From: Eledone cirrhosa
Taxonomy: Eukaryota
Direction: 5' to 3'
DNA: 64,000 nucleotides
NCBI GenBank assembly: GCA_964016885.1
Contig: OZ024742.1
Location: 346,766,001-346,830,000 of the forward strand
A model generated the notes under the pieces. It saw nothing but the letters and a program-made list of their open reading frames with translations. It did no database searches and was not told the DNA's origin. The translations under genes were made by a program, and so were the position numbers. Numbering within the stretch: the first letter of the stretch is position 1; each line of letters starts with the position of its first letter. Of the stretch, positions 16,401 to 31,699 are shown one piece after another.

Positions 16401-19400
16401 GTATTATAAGCCTACATTAAGATACTTGGAATATAAGCCTACATTAAGATACTTGTATTATAAGCCAATATTAAGATACTTGTATTATAATCCCACATTA
16501 AGATACTTGTAATATAAGCTTACATTAAGATACTTGTATTATAAGCCCACATTAAGATACTTGTATTATAATCCCACATTAAGATACTTGTAATATAAGC
16601 CTACATTAAGATACTTGTATTATAAGCCCACATTAAGATACGTGTAATATAAGCCAACATTAAGATACTTGTAATATAAGCCTAAATTAAGATGCTCGTA
16701 ATATAAGCCTCCATTAAGATACTTGTATTATAAGCCTACATTAAGATACTTGTATTATAAGCCAACATTAAGATACTTGTAATATAAGCCTTCATTAAGA
16801 TACTTGTAATATAAGTCTACATTAAGATACTTGTAATATAAGCCTACATAAGGATACTTGTATTATAAGCCTACATTAAGATACTTGTATTATAAGCCTA
16901 CATTAAGATACTTGTAATATAAGCCAACATTAAGATACTTGTAATATAAGCCAACATTAAGATACTTGTATTATAAGCCTACATTAAGATACTTGTAATA
17001 TAAGCCCACATTAAGATACTTGTAATATAAGCCTACATTAAGATACGTGTAATATAAGCCTACATTAAGATACTTGTAATATAAGCCTACATTAAGATAC
17101 ATGTAATATAAGCCTTCATTAAGATACTTGTAATATAAGCCTACTTTAAGATACTTGTATTATAAGCCTACATTAAGATACTTGTATTATAAGCCCACAT
17201 TAAGACACTTGTAATATAAGCCTACAGTAAGATACTTGTATTATAAGTCTACATTAAGATACTTGTAATATAAGCCCGCATTAAGATACTTGTATTATAA
17301 GCCTAAATTAAGATACTTGTAATATAAGACTACATTAAGATACTTGTATTATAACCCTACATTAAGATACTTGCATTATAAGTCCACATTAAGATACTTG
17401 TAATATAAGCCTACATTAAGATACTTGTATTATAAGCCTACATTAAGATACTTGTATTATAAGCCCACATTAAGATACTTGTAATATAATCTCACATTAA
17501 GATACTTGTAATATAATCCCACATTAAGATACTTGTTATATAATCCAACATTAAGATACTTGTAATATAAGCCTACATTAAGATACTTGTAATATAATCC
17601 CACATTAAGATACTTGTAATATAAGCCTACATTAAGATACTTGTAATATAAGCCAACATTAAGATACTTGTATTATAAGCCTACATTAAGATACTTGTAA
17701 TATAAGCCAACATTAAGATACTTGTATTATAAGCCTACATTAAGATACTTGTAATATAAGCCGACATTAAGATACTTGTAATATATGCAAAAATTAAGAT
17801 ACTTGTAATATAAGCCCACATTAAGATACTTGTAATATAAGCCTTCATTAAGATACCTGTATTATAAACCTACATTAAGATACTTGTAATATAAGCCTAA
17901 ATTAAGATAGTTGTATTATAAGCATACATTAAGATACTTGTATTATAAGCCGACATTAAGATACTTGTAATATAAGCCAACATTAAGATACTTGTAATAT
18001 AAGCCTACATTAAGATACTTGTAATATAAGCCTACATTAAGATACTTGTATTATAAGCCTACATTAAGATACTTGTATTATAATCCCACATTAAGATACT
18101 TGTAATATAAGCCTACATTAAGATACTTGTATTATAAGCCCACATTAAGATACTTGTAATATAAGCCTACATTAAGATACTTGTATTATAAGCCAACATT
18201 AAGATACGTGTAATATAAGCCAACATTAAGATACTTGTAATATAAGCCTAAATTAAGATACTCGTAATATAAGCCTCCATTAAGATACTTTTATTATAAG
18301 CCTACATTAAGATACTTGTATTATAAGCCCACATTAAGATACTTGTAATATAAGCCTTCATTAAGATACTTGTAATATAAGTCTACATTAAGATACTCGT
18401 AATATAATCCCACATTAAGATACTTGTATTTTAAGCCTACATTGAGATACTTGTATTATAAGCCCACATTAAGACACTTGTAATATAAGCCAACATTAAG
18501 ATACTTGTAATATAAGCCTACATTAAGATACTTGTATTATAAGCCTACATTAAGATACTTGTAATATAAGCCTACATTAAGATACTTGTATTATAAGCTT
18601 TCATTAAGATACTTGTAATATAAGCCTACATTAAGATACTTGTATTATAAGCCTACATTGAGATACTTGTATTATAAGCCAACATTAAGACACTTGTAAT
18701 ATAAGCCTACATTAAGATACTTGTATTATAAGTCTACATTAAGATACTTGTAATATAAGCCGACATTAAGATACTTGTATTATAAGCCTACATTAAGATA
18801 CTTGTAATATAAGCCTACAATAAGATACTTGTATTATAAGCCTACATTAAGATACTTGCATTATTAGCCCACATTAAGATACTTGTAATATAAGCCTACA
18901 TTAAGATACTTGTATTATAATCCTACATTAAGATACTTGTATTATAAGCTCCCATTAAGATACTTGTAATATAATTCCACATTAAGATACTTGTAATATA
19001 ATCCCACGTTTTGATACGTGTAAAATAAGCCAACATTAAGATACTTGTAATATAAGTCTACATTAAGATACTCGTAATATAAGCCTACATTAAGATGCTT
19101 GTAATATAAGCCAACATTAAGATATTTGTATTATAAGCCTACATTAAGATACTTGTAATATAAGCCTACATTAAGATAATTGTATTATAAGCCTACATTA
19201 AGATACTTGTAATATAAGCCTAAATTAAGATACTTGTATTATAAGCCCACATTAAGATACTTGTATTATAAGCCAATATTAAGATACTTGTATTATAATC
19301 CCACATTAAGATACTTGTAATATAAGCTTACATTAAGATACTTGTATTATAAGCCCACATTAAGATACTTGTATTATAATCCCACATTAAGATACTTGTA

Positions 19401-22400
19401 ATATAAGCCTACATTAAGATACTTGTATTATAAGCCCATATTAAGATACGTGTAATATAAGCCAACATTAAGATACTTGTAATATAAGCCTAAATTAAGA
19501 TGCTCGTAATATAAGCCTCCATTAAGATACTTGTATTATAAGCCTACATTAAGATACTTGTATTATAAGCCAACATTAAGATACTTGTAATATAAGCCTT
19601 CATTAAGATACTTGTAATATAAGTCTACATTAAGATACTTGTAATATAAGCCTACATTAAGATACTTGTATTATAAGCCTACATTAAGATACTTGTATTA
19701 TAAGCCTACATTAAGATACTTGTAATATAAGCCAACATTAAGATACTTGTAATATAAGCCAACATTAAGATACTTGTATTATAAGCCTACATTAAGATAC
19801 TTGTAATATAAGCCCACATTAAGATACTTGTAATATAAGCCTACATTAAGATACGTGTAATATAAGCCTACATTAAGATACTTGTAATATAAGCCTACAT
19901 TAAGATACATGTATTATAAGCCTTCATTAAGATACTTGTAATATAAGCCTACTTTAAGATACTTGTATTATAAGCCTACATTAAGATACTTGTATTATAA
20001 GCCCACATTAAGACACTTGTAATATAAGCCTACATTAAGATACTTGTATTATAAGTCTACATTAAGATACTTGTAATATAAGCCCGCATTAAGATACTTG
20101 TATTATAAGCCTAAATTAAGATACTTGTAATATAAGCCTACATTAAGATACTTGTATTATAACCCTACATTAAGATACTTGCATTATAAGTCCACATTAA
20201 GATACTTGTAATATAAGCCTACATTAAGATACTTGTAATATAAGCCTACATTAAGATACTTGTAATATAAGCCTAAATTAAGATACTTGTATTATAAGCC
20301 CACATTAAGATACTTGTATTATAAGCCAATATTAAGATACTTGTATTATAATCCCACATTAAGATACTTGTAATATAAGCTTACATTAAGATACTTGTAT
20401 TATAAGCCCACATTAAGATACTTGTATTATAATCCCACATTAAGATACTTGTAATATAAGCCTACATTAAGATACTTGTATTATAAGCCAACATTAAGAT
20501 ACGTGTAATATAAGCCAACATTAAGATACTTGTAATATAAGCCTAAATTAAGATGCTCGTAATATAAGCCTCCATTAAGATACTTGTATTATAAGCCTAC
20601 ATTAAGATACTTGTATTATAAGCCCACATTAAGATACTTGTAATATAATCTCACATTAAGATACTTGTAATATAATCCTACATTAAGATACTTGTTATAT
20701 AATCCAACATTAAGATACTTGTAATATAAGCCTACATTAAGATACTTGTAATATAATCCCACATTAAGATACTTGTAATATAAGCCTAGGTTAAGATACG
20801 TGTAATATAAGCCAACATTAAGATACTTGTAATATAAGCCTACATTAAGATACTCGTAATATAAGCCTACATTAAGATACTTGTAATATAAGCCAACATT
20901 AAGATACTTGTATTATAAGCCTACATTAAGATACTTGTAATATAAGCCGACATTAAGATACTTGTAATATATGCAAAAATTAAGATACTTGTAATATAAG
21001 CCCACATTAAGATACTTGTAATATAAGCCTTCATTAAGATACCTGTATTATAAACCTACATTAAGATACTTGTAATATAAGCCTAAATTAAGATAGTTGT
21101 ATTATAAGCATACATTAAGATACTTGTATTATAAGCCGACATTAAGATACTTGTAATATAAGCCAACATTAAGATACTTGTATTATAAGCCTACATTAAG
21201 ATACTTGTAATATAAGCCTACATTAAGATACTTGTATTATAAGCCTACATTAAGATACTTGTATTATAATCCCACATTAAGATACTTGTAATATAAGCCT
21301 ACATTAAGATACTTGTATTATAAGCCCACATTCAGATACTTGTATTATAAGCCCACATTACGATACTTGTAATATAAGCCAACATTAAGATACTTGTAAT
21401 ATAAGTCTACATTAAGATACTCGTAATATAAGCCTACATTAAGATGCTTGTAATATAAGCCTACATTAAGATACTTGTAATATAATCCTACATTAAGATA
21501 CTTGTAATATAAGCCTACATTAAGATACTCGTAATATAAGCCTACATTAAGATACTTGTATTATAAGCCTACATTAAGATACTTGTAATATAATCCCACA
21601 TTAAGATACTTGTATTATAAGCCTTCATTAAGATACTTGTAATATAAGCCTACATTAAGATACTTGTATTATAAGCCTACATTGAGATACTTGTATTATA
21701 AGCCAACATTAAGACACTTGTAATATAAGCCTACATTAAGATACTTGTATTACAAGTCTACATTAAGATACTTGTAATATAAGCCGACATTAAGATACTT
21801 GTATTATAAGCCTACATTAAGATACTTGTAATATAAGCCTACAATAAGATACTTGTATTATAAGCCTACATTAAGATACTTGCATTATTAGCCCACATTA
21901 AGATACTTGTAATATAAGCCTACATTAAGATACTTGTATTATAATCCTACATTAAGATACTTGTATTATAAGCTCCCATTAAGATACTTGTAATATAATC
22001 CCACATTAAGATACTTGTAATATAATCCCACGTTATGATACGTGTAAAATAAGCCAACATTAAGATACTTGTAATATAAGCTTACATTAAGATACTCGTA
22101 ATATAAGCTTACATTAATATACTTGTAATATAAGCCAACATTAAGATATTTGTATTATAAGCCTACATTAAGATACTTGTAATATAAGCCTACATTAAGA
22201 TAATTGTATTATAAGCCTACATTAAGATACTTGTAATATAAGCCTAAATTAAGATACTTGTATTATAAGCCCACATTAAGATACTTGTAATATAAGCCAA
22301 CATTAAGATACTTGTATTATAAGCCTACATTAAGATACTTGGAATATAAGCCTTCATTAAGATACTTGTATTATAAGCCAACATTAAGATACTTGTATTA

Positions 22401-25400
22401 TAATCCCACATTAAGATACTTGTAATATAAGCCTACATTAAGATACTTGTATTATAAGCCCACATTAAAATACTTGTATTATAAGCCCACATTAAGATAC
22501 TTGTAATATAAGCCTACATTAAGATACTTGTATTATAAGCCCACATTAAGATACGTGTAATATAAGCCAACATTAAGATACTTGTAATATAAGCCTAAAT
22601 TAAGATACTCGTAATATAAGCCTCCATTAAGATACTTTTATTATAAGCCTACATTAAGATACTTGTATTATAAGCCCACATTAAGATACTTGTAATATAA
22701 GCCTTCATTAAGATACTTGTAATATAAGTCTACATTAAGATACTTGTAATATAAGCCTACATTAAGATACTTGTATTATAAGCCTACATTAAGATACTTG
22801 TAATATAAGCCGACATTAAGACACTTGTAATATAAGCGAAAATTAAGATACTTGTAATATAAGCCCACATTAAGATACTTGTAATATAAGCCTTCATTAA
22901 GATACTTGTATTATAAGCCTACATTAAGATACTTGTAATATAAGCCTACATTAAGATACTTGTATTATAAGCCTACATTAAGATACTTGTAATATAAGCC
23001 TAAATTAAGATAGTTGTATTATAAGCATACATTAAGATACTTGTATTATAAGCCGACATTAAGATACTTGTAATATAAGCCAACATTAAGATACTTGTAT
23101 TATAAGCCTACATTAAGATACTTGTAATATAAGCCTCCATTAAGATACTTGTATTATAAGCCTACATTAAGATACTTGTATTATAAGCCCACATTAAGAT
23201 ACTTGTAATATAAGCCAACATTAAGATACTTGTATTATAAGCCTACATTAAGATACTTGTAATATAAGCCTCCATTAAGATACTTGTAATATAAGCCTAC
23301 ATTTAGATACTTGTAATATAAGCCAACATTAAGATACTTGTAATATAAGCCAACATTAAGATACTTGTATTATAAGCCTACATTAAGATACTTGTAATAT
23401 AAGCCTACATTAAGATACTTGTAATATAAGCCTACATTAAGATACGTGTAATATAAGCCTACATTAAGATACTTGTAATATAAGCCTTCATTAAGATACA
23501 TGTATTATAAGCCTTCATTAAGAAACTTGTAATATAAGCCTACATTAAGATACTTGTATTATAAGCCTACATTAAGATACTTGTATTATAAGCCCACATT
23601 AAGACACTTGTAATATAAGCCTACATTAAGATACTTGTATTATAAGTCTACATTATGATACTTGTAATATAAGCCCACATTAAGATACTTGTATTATAAG
23701 CCTACATTAAGATACTTGTAATATAAGCCTACATTAAGATACTTGTATCATAAGCCTACATTAAGATACTTGCATTATAAGTCCACATTAAGATACTTGT
23801 AATATAAGCCTACATTAAGATACTTGTAATATAAGCCTACATTAAGATACTTATATTATAAGCCAACATTAAGATACTTGTAATATAATCCCACATTAAG
23901 ATACTTGTAATATAATCCCACATTAAGATACTTGTTATATAATCCCACATTAAGATACTTGTAATATAAGCCTACATTAAGATACTTGTAATATAATCCA
24001 ACATTAAGATACTTGTAATATAAGCCTAGGTTAATATACGTGTAATATAAGCCAACATTAAGATACTTGTAATATAAGCCTACATTAAGATACTCGTAAA
24101 ATAAGCCTACATTAAGATACTTGTAATATAAGCCAACATTAAGATACTTGTAATATAAGCCTACATTAAGATACTTGTAATATAAGCCAACATTAAGATA
24201 CTTGTATTATAAGCCTACATTAAGATACTTGTAATATAAGCCGACATTAAGACACTTGCAATATAAGCGAAAATTAAGATACTTGTAATATAAGCCCACA
24301 TTAAATACTTGTAATATAAGCCTTCATTAAGATACTTGTATTATAAGCCTACATTAAGATACTTGTATTATAAGCCTACATTAAGATACTTGTATTATAA
24401 GCCCACATTAAGATACTTGTAATATAATCCCACATTAAGATACTTGTTATATAATCCCACATTAAGATACTTGTAACATAAGCCTACATTAAGATACTTG
24501 TAATATAATCCCACATTAAGATACTTGTAATATAAGCCTAGGTTAAGATACGTGTAATATAAGCCAACATTAAGATACTTGTAATATAAGCCTACATTAA
24601 GATACTCGTAATATAAGCCTACATTAAGATACTTGTAATATAAGCCAACATTAAGATACTTGTATTATAAGCCTACATTAAGATACTTGTAATATAAGCC
24701 GACATTAAGATACTTGTAATATATGCGAAAATTTAGATACTTGTAATATAAGCCCACATTAAGATACTTGTAATATAAGCCTTCATTAAGATACCTGTAT
24801 TATAAGCCTGCATTAAGATACTTGTAATATAAGCCTACATTAAGATACTTGTATTATAAACCTACATTAAGATACTTGTAATATAAGCCTAAATTAAGAT
24901 AGTTGTATTATAAGCATACATTAAGATACTTGTAATATAAGCCGACATTAAGATACTTGTAATATAAGCCAACATTAAGATACTTGTATTATAAGCCTAC
25001 ATTAAGATACTTGTAATATAAGCCTACATTAAGATACTTGTATTATAAGCCTACATTAAGATACTTGTATTATAATCCCACATTAAGATACTTGTAATAT
25101 AAGCCTACATTAAGATACTTGTATTATAAGCCCACATTCAGATACTTGTATTATAAGCCCACATTAAGATACTTGTAATATAAGCCAACATTAAGATACT
25201 TGTAATATAAGTCTACATTAAGATACTCGTAATATAAGCCTACATTAAGATGCTTGTAATATAAGCCTACATTAAGATACTTGTAATATAATCCTACATT
25301 AAGATACTTGTAATATAAGCCTACATTAAGATACTCGTAATATAAGCCTACATTAAGATACTTGTATTATAAGCCTACATTAAGATACTTGTAATATAAT

Positions 25401-28400
25401 CCCACATTAAGATACTTGTATTATAAGCCTTCATTAAGATACTTGTAATATAAGCCTACATTAAGATACTTGTATTATAAGCCTACATTGAGATACTTGT
25501 ATTATAAGCCCACATTAAGACACTTGTAATATAAGCCAACATTAAGATACTTGTAATATAAGCCTCCATTAAGATACTTGTATTATAAGCCTACATTAAG
25601 ATACTTGTAATATAAGCCTACATTAAGATACTTGTATTATAAGCCTTCATTAAGATACTTGTAATATAAGCCTACATTAAGATACTTGTATTATAAGCCT
25701 ACATTAAGATACTTGTATTATAAGCCCACATTAAGATACGTGTAATATAAGCCAACATTAAGATACTTGTAATATAAGCCTAAATTAAGATACTCGTAAT
25801 ATAAGCCTCCATTAAGATACTTTTATTACAAGCCTTCATTAAGATACTTGTATTATAAGCCCACATTAAGATACTTGTAATATAAGCCTTCATTAAGATA
25901 CTTGTAATATAAGTCTACATTAAGATACTTGTAATATAAGCCTACATTAAGATACTTGTATTATAAGCCTACATTAAGATACTTGTAATATAAGCCGACA
26001 TTAAGACACTTGTAATATAAGCGAAAATTAAGATACTTGTAATATAAGCCCACATTAAGATACTTGTAATATAAGCCTTCATTAAGATACTTGTATTATA
26101 AGCCTACATTAAGATACTTGTAATATAAGCCTACATTAAGATACTTGTATTATAAGCCTACATTAAGATACTTGTAATATAAGCCTAAATTAAGATAGTT
26201 GTATTATAAGCATACATTAAGATACTTGTATTATAAGCCGACATTAAGATACTTGTAATATAAGCCAACATTAAGATACTTGTATTATAAGCCTACATTA
26301 AGATACTTGTAATATAAGCCTCCATTAAGATACTTGTATTATAAGCCTACATTAAGATACTTGTATTATAAACCCACATTAAGATACTTGTAATATAAGC
26401 CAACATTAAGATACTTGTATTATAAGCCTACATTAAGATACTTGTAATATAAGCCTCCATTAAGATACTTGTATTATAAGCCTACATTAAGATACTTGTA
26501 TTATAAGCCCACATTAAGATACTTGTAATATAAGCCTTCATTAAGATACTTGTAATATAAGTCTACATTAAGATACTTGTAATATAAGTCTACATTAAGG
26601 TACTTGTATTATAAGCCTACATTAAGATACTTGTATTATAAGCCTACATTAAGATACATGTATTATAAGCCTTCATTAAGAAACTTGTAATATAAGCCTA
26701 CATTAAGATACTTGTATTATAAGCCTACATTAAGATACTTGTATTATAAGCCCACATTAAGACACTTGTAATATAAGCCTACATTAAGATACTTGCATTA
26801 TAAGCCCACATTAAGATACTTGTAATATAAGCCTACATTAAGATACTTGTATTATAATCCTACATTAAGATACTTGTATTATACGCCCACATTAAGATAC
26901 TTGTAATATAATCCCACATTAAGATACTTGTAATATAATCCGACGTTAAGATACGTGTAAAATAAGCCAACATTAAGATACTTGTAATATAAGCTTACAT
27001 TAAGATACTCGTAATATAAGCCTACATTAAGATACTTGTAATATAAGCCAACATTAAGATACTTGTAATATAAGCCCACATTAAGATACTTGTAATATAA
27101 GCCAACATTAAGATACTTGTATTATAAGCCTACATTAAGATACTTGTAATATAAGCCGACATTAAGATACTTGTAATATAAGCCTTCATTAAGATACTTG
27201 TAATATAAGCCAACATTAAGATATTTGTATTATAAGCCTACATTAAGATACTTGTAATATAAGCCTACATTAAGATAATTGTATTATAAGCCTACATTAA
27301 GATACTTGTAATATAAGCCTAAATTAAGATACTTGTATTATAAGCCCACATTAAGATACTTGTAATATAAGCCAACATTAAGATACTTGTATTATAAGCC
27401 TACATTAAGATACTTGGAATATAAGCCTTCATTAAGATACTTGTATTATAAGCCAACATTAAGATACTTGTATTATAATCCCACATTAAGATACTTGTAA
27501 TATAAGCCTACATTAAGATACTTGTATTATAAGCCCACATTAAAATACTTGTATTATAAGCCCACATTAAGATACTTGTAATATAAGCCTACATTAAGAT
27601 ACTTGTATTATAAGCCCACATTAAGATACGTGTAATATAAGCCAACATTAAGATACTTGTAATATAAGCCTAAATTAAGATACTCGTAATATAAGCCTCC
27701 ATTAAGATACTTTTATTATAAGCCTACATTAAGATACTTGTATTATAAGCCCACATTAAGATACTTGTAATATAAGCCTTCATTAAGATACTTGTAATAT
27801 AAGTCTACATTAAGATACTTGTAATATAAGCCTACATTAAGATACTTGTATTATAAGCCTACATTAAGATACTTGTAATATAAGCCGACATTAAGACACT
27901 TGTAATATAAGCGAAAATTAAGATACTTGTAATATAAGCCCACATTAAGGTACTTGTAATATAAGCCTTCATTAAGATACTTGTATTATAAGCCTACATT
28001 AAGATACTTGTAATATAAGCCTACATTAAGATACTTGTATTATAAGCCTACATTAAGATACTTGTAATATAATCCCACATTAAGACACTTGTAATATAAG
28101 CCAACATTAAGATACTTGTAATATAAGCCTCCATTAAGATACTTGTATTATAAGCCTACATTAAGATACTTGTAATATAAGCCTACATTAAGATACTTGT
28201 ATTATAAGCCTTCATTAAGATACTTGTAATATAAGCCTACATTAAGATACTTGTATTATAAGCCTACATTGAGATACTTGTATTATAAGCCAACATTAAG
28301 ACACTTGTAATATAAGCCTACATTAAGATACTTGTATTATAAGTCTACATTAAGATACTTGTAATATAAGCCGACATTAAGATACTTGTATTATAAGCCT

Positions 28401-31400
28401 ACATTAAGATACTTGTAATATAAGCCTACAATAAGATACTTGTATTATAAGCCTACATTAAGATACTTGCATTATTAGCCCACATTAAGATACTTGTAAT
28501 ATAAGCCTACATTAAGATACTTGTATTATAATCCTACATTAAGATACTTGTATTATAAGCTCCCATTAAGATACATGTAATATAATCCCACATTAAGATA
28601 CTTGTAATATAATCCCACGTTATGATACGTGTAAAATAAGCCAACATTAAGATACTTGTAATATAAGCTTACATTAAGATACTCGTAATATAAGCCTACA
28701 TTAAGATACTTGTAATATAAGCCTACATTAAGATACTTGTATTATAAGCCCACATTAAGATACTTGTAATATAAGCCAACATTAAGATACTTGTATTATA
28801 AGCCTACATTAAGATACTTGGAATATAAGCCTTCATTAAGATACTTGTATTATAAGCCAACATTAAGATACTTGTATTATAATCCCACATTAAGATACTT
28901 GTAATATAAGCCTACATTAAGATACTTGTATTATAAGCCCACATTAAAATACTTGTATTATAAGCCCACATTAAGATACTCGTAATATAAGCCTACATTA
29001 AGATGCTTGTAATATAAGCCTACATTAAGATACTTGTAATATAATCCTACATTAAGATACTTGTAATATAAGCCTACATTAAGATACTCGTAATATAAGC
29101 CTACATTAAGATACTTGTATTATAAGCCTACATTAAGATACTTGTAATATAATCCCACATTAAGATACTTGTATTATAAGCCTTCATTAAGATACTTGTA
29201 ATATAAGCCTACATTAAGATACTTGTATTATAAGCCTACATTGAGATACTTGTATTATAAGCCCACATTAAGACACTTGTAATATAAGCCAACATTAAGA
29301 TACTTGTAATATAAGCCTCCATTAAGATACTTGTATTATAAGCCTACATTAAGATACTTGTAATATAAGCCTACATTAAGATACTTGTATTATAAGCCTT
29401 CATTAAGATACTTGTAATATAAGCCTACATTAAGATACTTGTATTATAAGCCTACATTGAGATACTTGTATTATAAGCCAACATTAAGACACTTGTAATA
29501 TAAGCCAACATTAAGATACTTGTATTATAAGCCTACATTAAGATACTTGTAATATAAGCCTCCATTAAGATACTTGTATTATAAGCCTACATTAAGATAC
29601 TTGTATTATAAGCCCACATTAAGATACTTGTAATATAAGCCTTCATTAAGATACTTGTAATATAAGTCTACATTAAGATACTTGTAATATAAGCCTACAT
29701 TAAGATACTTGTATTATAAGCCTACATTAAGATACTTGTATTATAAGCCTACATTAAGATACTTGTAATATAAGCCTACATTAAGATACTTGTAATATAA
29801 GCCAACATTAAGATACTTGTAATATAAGCCAACATTAGGATACTTGTATTATAAGCCTACATTAAGATACTTGTAATATAAGCCTACATTAAGATACTTG
29901 TATTATAAGCCTACATTAAGATACTTGTATTATAAGCCTACATTAAGATACTTGTAATATAAGCCAACATTAAGATACTTGTAATATAAGCCAACATTAA
30001 GATACTTGTATTATAAGCCTACATTAAGATACTTGTAATATAAGCCCACATTAAGATACTTGTAATATAAGCCTACATTAAGATACGTGTAATATAAGCC
30101 TACATTAAGATACTTGTAATATAAGCCTACATTAAGATACATGTATTATAAGCCTAAATTAAGATACTTGTAATATAAGCCTACATTAAGATACTTGTAT
30201 TATAACCCTACATTAAGATACTTGCATTATAAGTCCACATTAAGATACTTGTAATATAAGCCTACATTAAGATACTTGTATTATAAGCCCACATTAAGAT
30301 ACTTGTAATATAATCTCACATTAAGATACTTGTAATATAATCCCACATTAAGATACTTGTTATATAATCCAACATTAAGATACTTGTAATATAAGCCTAC
30401 ATTAAGATACTTGTAATATAATCCCACATTAAGATACTTGTAATATAAGCCTAGGTTAAGATACGTGTAATACAAGCCAATATTAAGATACTTGTAATAT
30501 AAGCCTACATTAAGATACTCGTAATATAAGCCTACATTAAGATACTTGTAATATAAGCCAACATTAAGATACTTGTATTATAAGCCTACATTAAGATACT
30601 TGTAATATAAGCCAACATTAAGATACTTGTATTATAAGCCTACATTAAGATACTTGTAATATAAGCCTACATTAAGATACTTGTATTATAAGCCTACATT
30701 AAGATACTTGTATTATAATCCCACATTAAGATACTTGTAATATAAGCCTACATTAAGATACTTGTATTATAAGCCCACATTCAGATACTTGTATTATAAG
30801 CCCACATTAAGATACTTGTAATATAAGCCAACATTAAGATACTTGTAATATAAGTCTACATTAAGATACTCGTAATATAAGCCTACATTAAGATGCTTGT
30901 AATATAAGCCTACATTAAGATACTTGTAATATAATCCTACATTAAGATACTTGTAATATAAGCCTACATTAAGATACTCGTAATATAAGCCTACATTAAG
31001 ATACTTGTATTATAAGCCTACATTAAGATACTTGTAATATAATCCCACATTAAGACACTTGTAATATAAGCCAACATTAAGATACTTGTAATATAAGCCT
31101 CCATTAAGATACTTGTATTATAAGCCTACATTAAGATACTTGTAATATAAGCCTACATTAAGATACTTGTATTATAAGCCTTCATTAAGATACTTGTAAT
31201 ATAAGCCTACATTAAGATACTTGTATTATAAGCCTACATTGAGATACTTGTATTATAAGCCAACATTAAGACACTTGTAATATAAGCCTACATTAAGATA
31301 CTTGTATTATAAGTCTACATTAAGATACTTGTAATATAAGCCGACATTAAGATACTTGTATTATAAGCCTACATTAAGATACTTGTAATATAAGCCTACA

Positions 31401-31699
31401 ATAAGATACTTGTATTATAAGCCTACATTAAGATACTTGCATTATTAGCCCACATTAAGATACTTGTAATATAAGCCTACATTAAGATACTTGTATTATA
31501 ATCCTACATTAAGATACTTGTATTATAAGCTCCCATTAAGATACATGTAATATAATCCCACATTAAGATACTTGTAATATAATCCCACGTTATGATACGT
31601 GTAAAATAAGCCAACATTAAGATACTTGTAATATAAGCTTACATTAAGATACTCGTAATATAAGCCTACATTAAGATACTTGTAATATAAGCCTACATT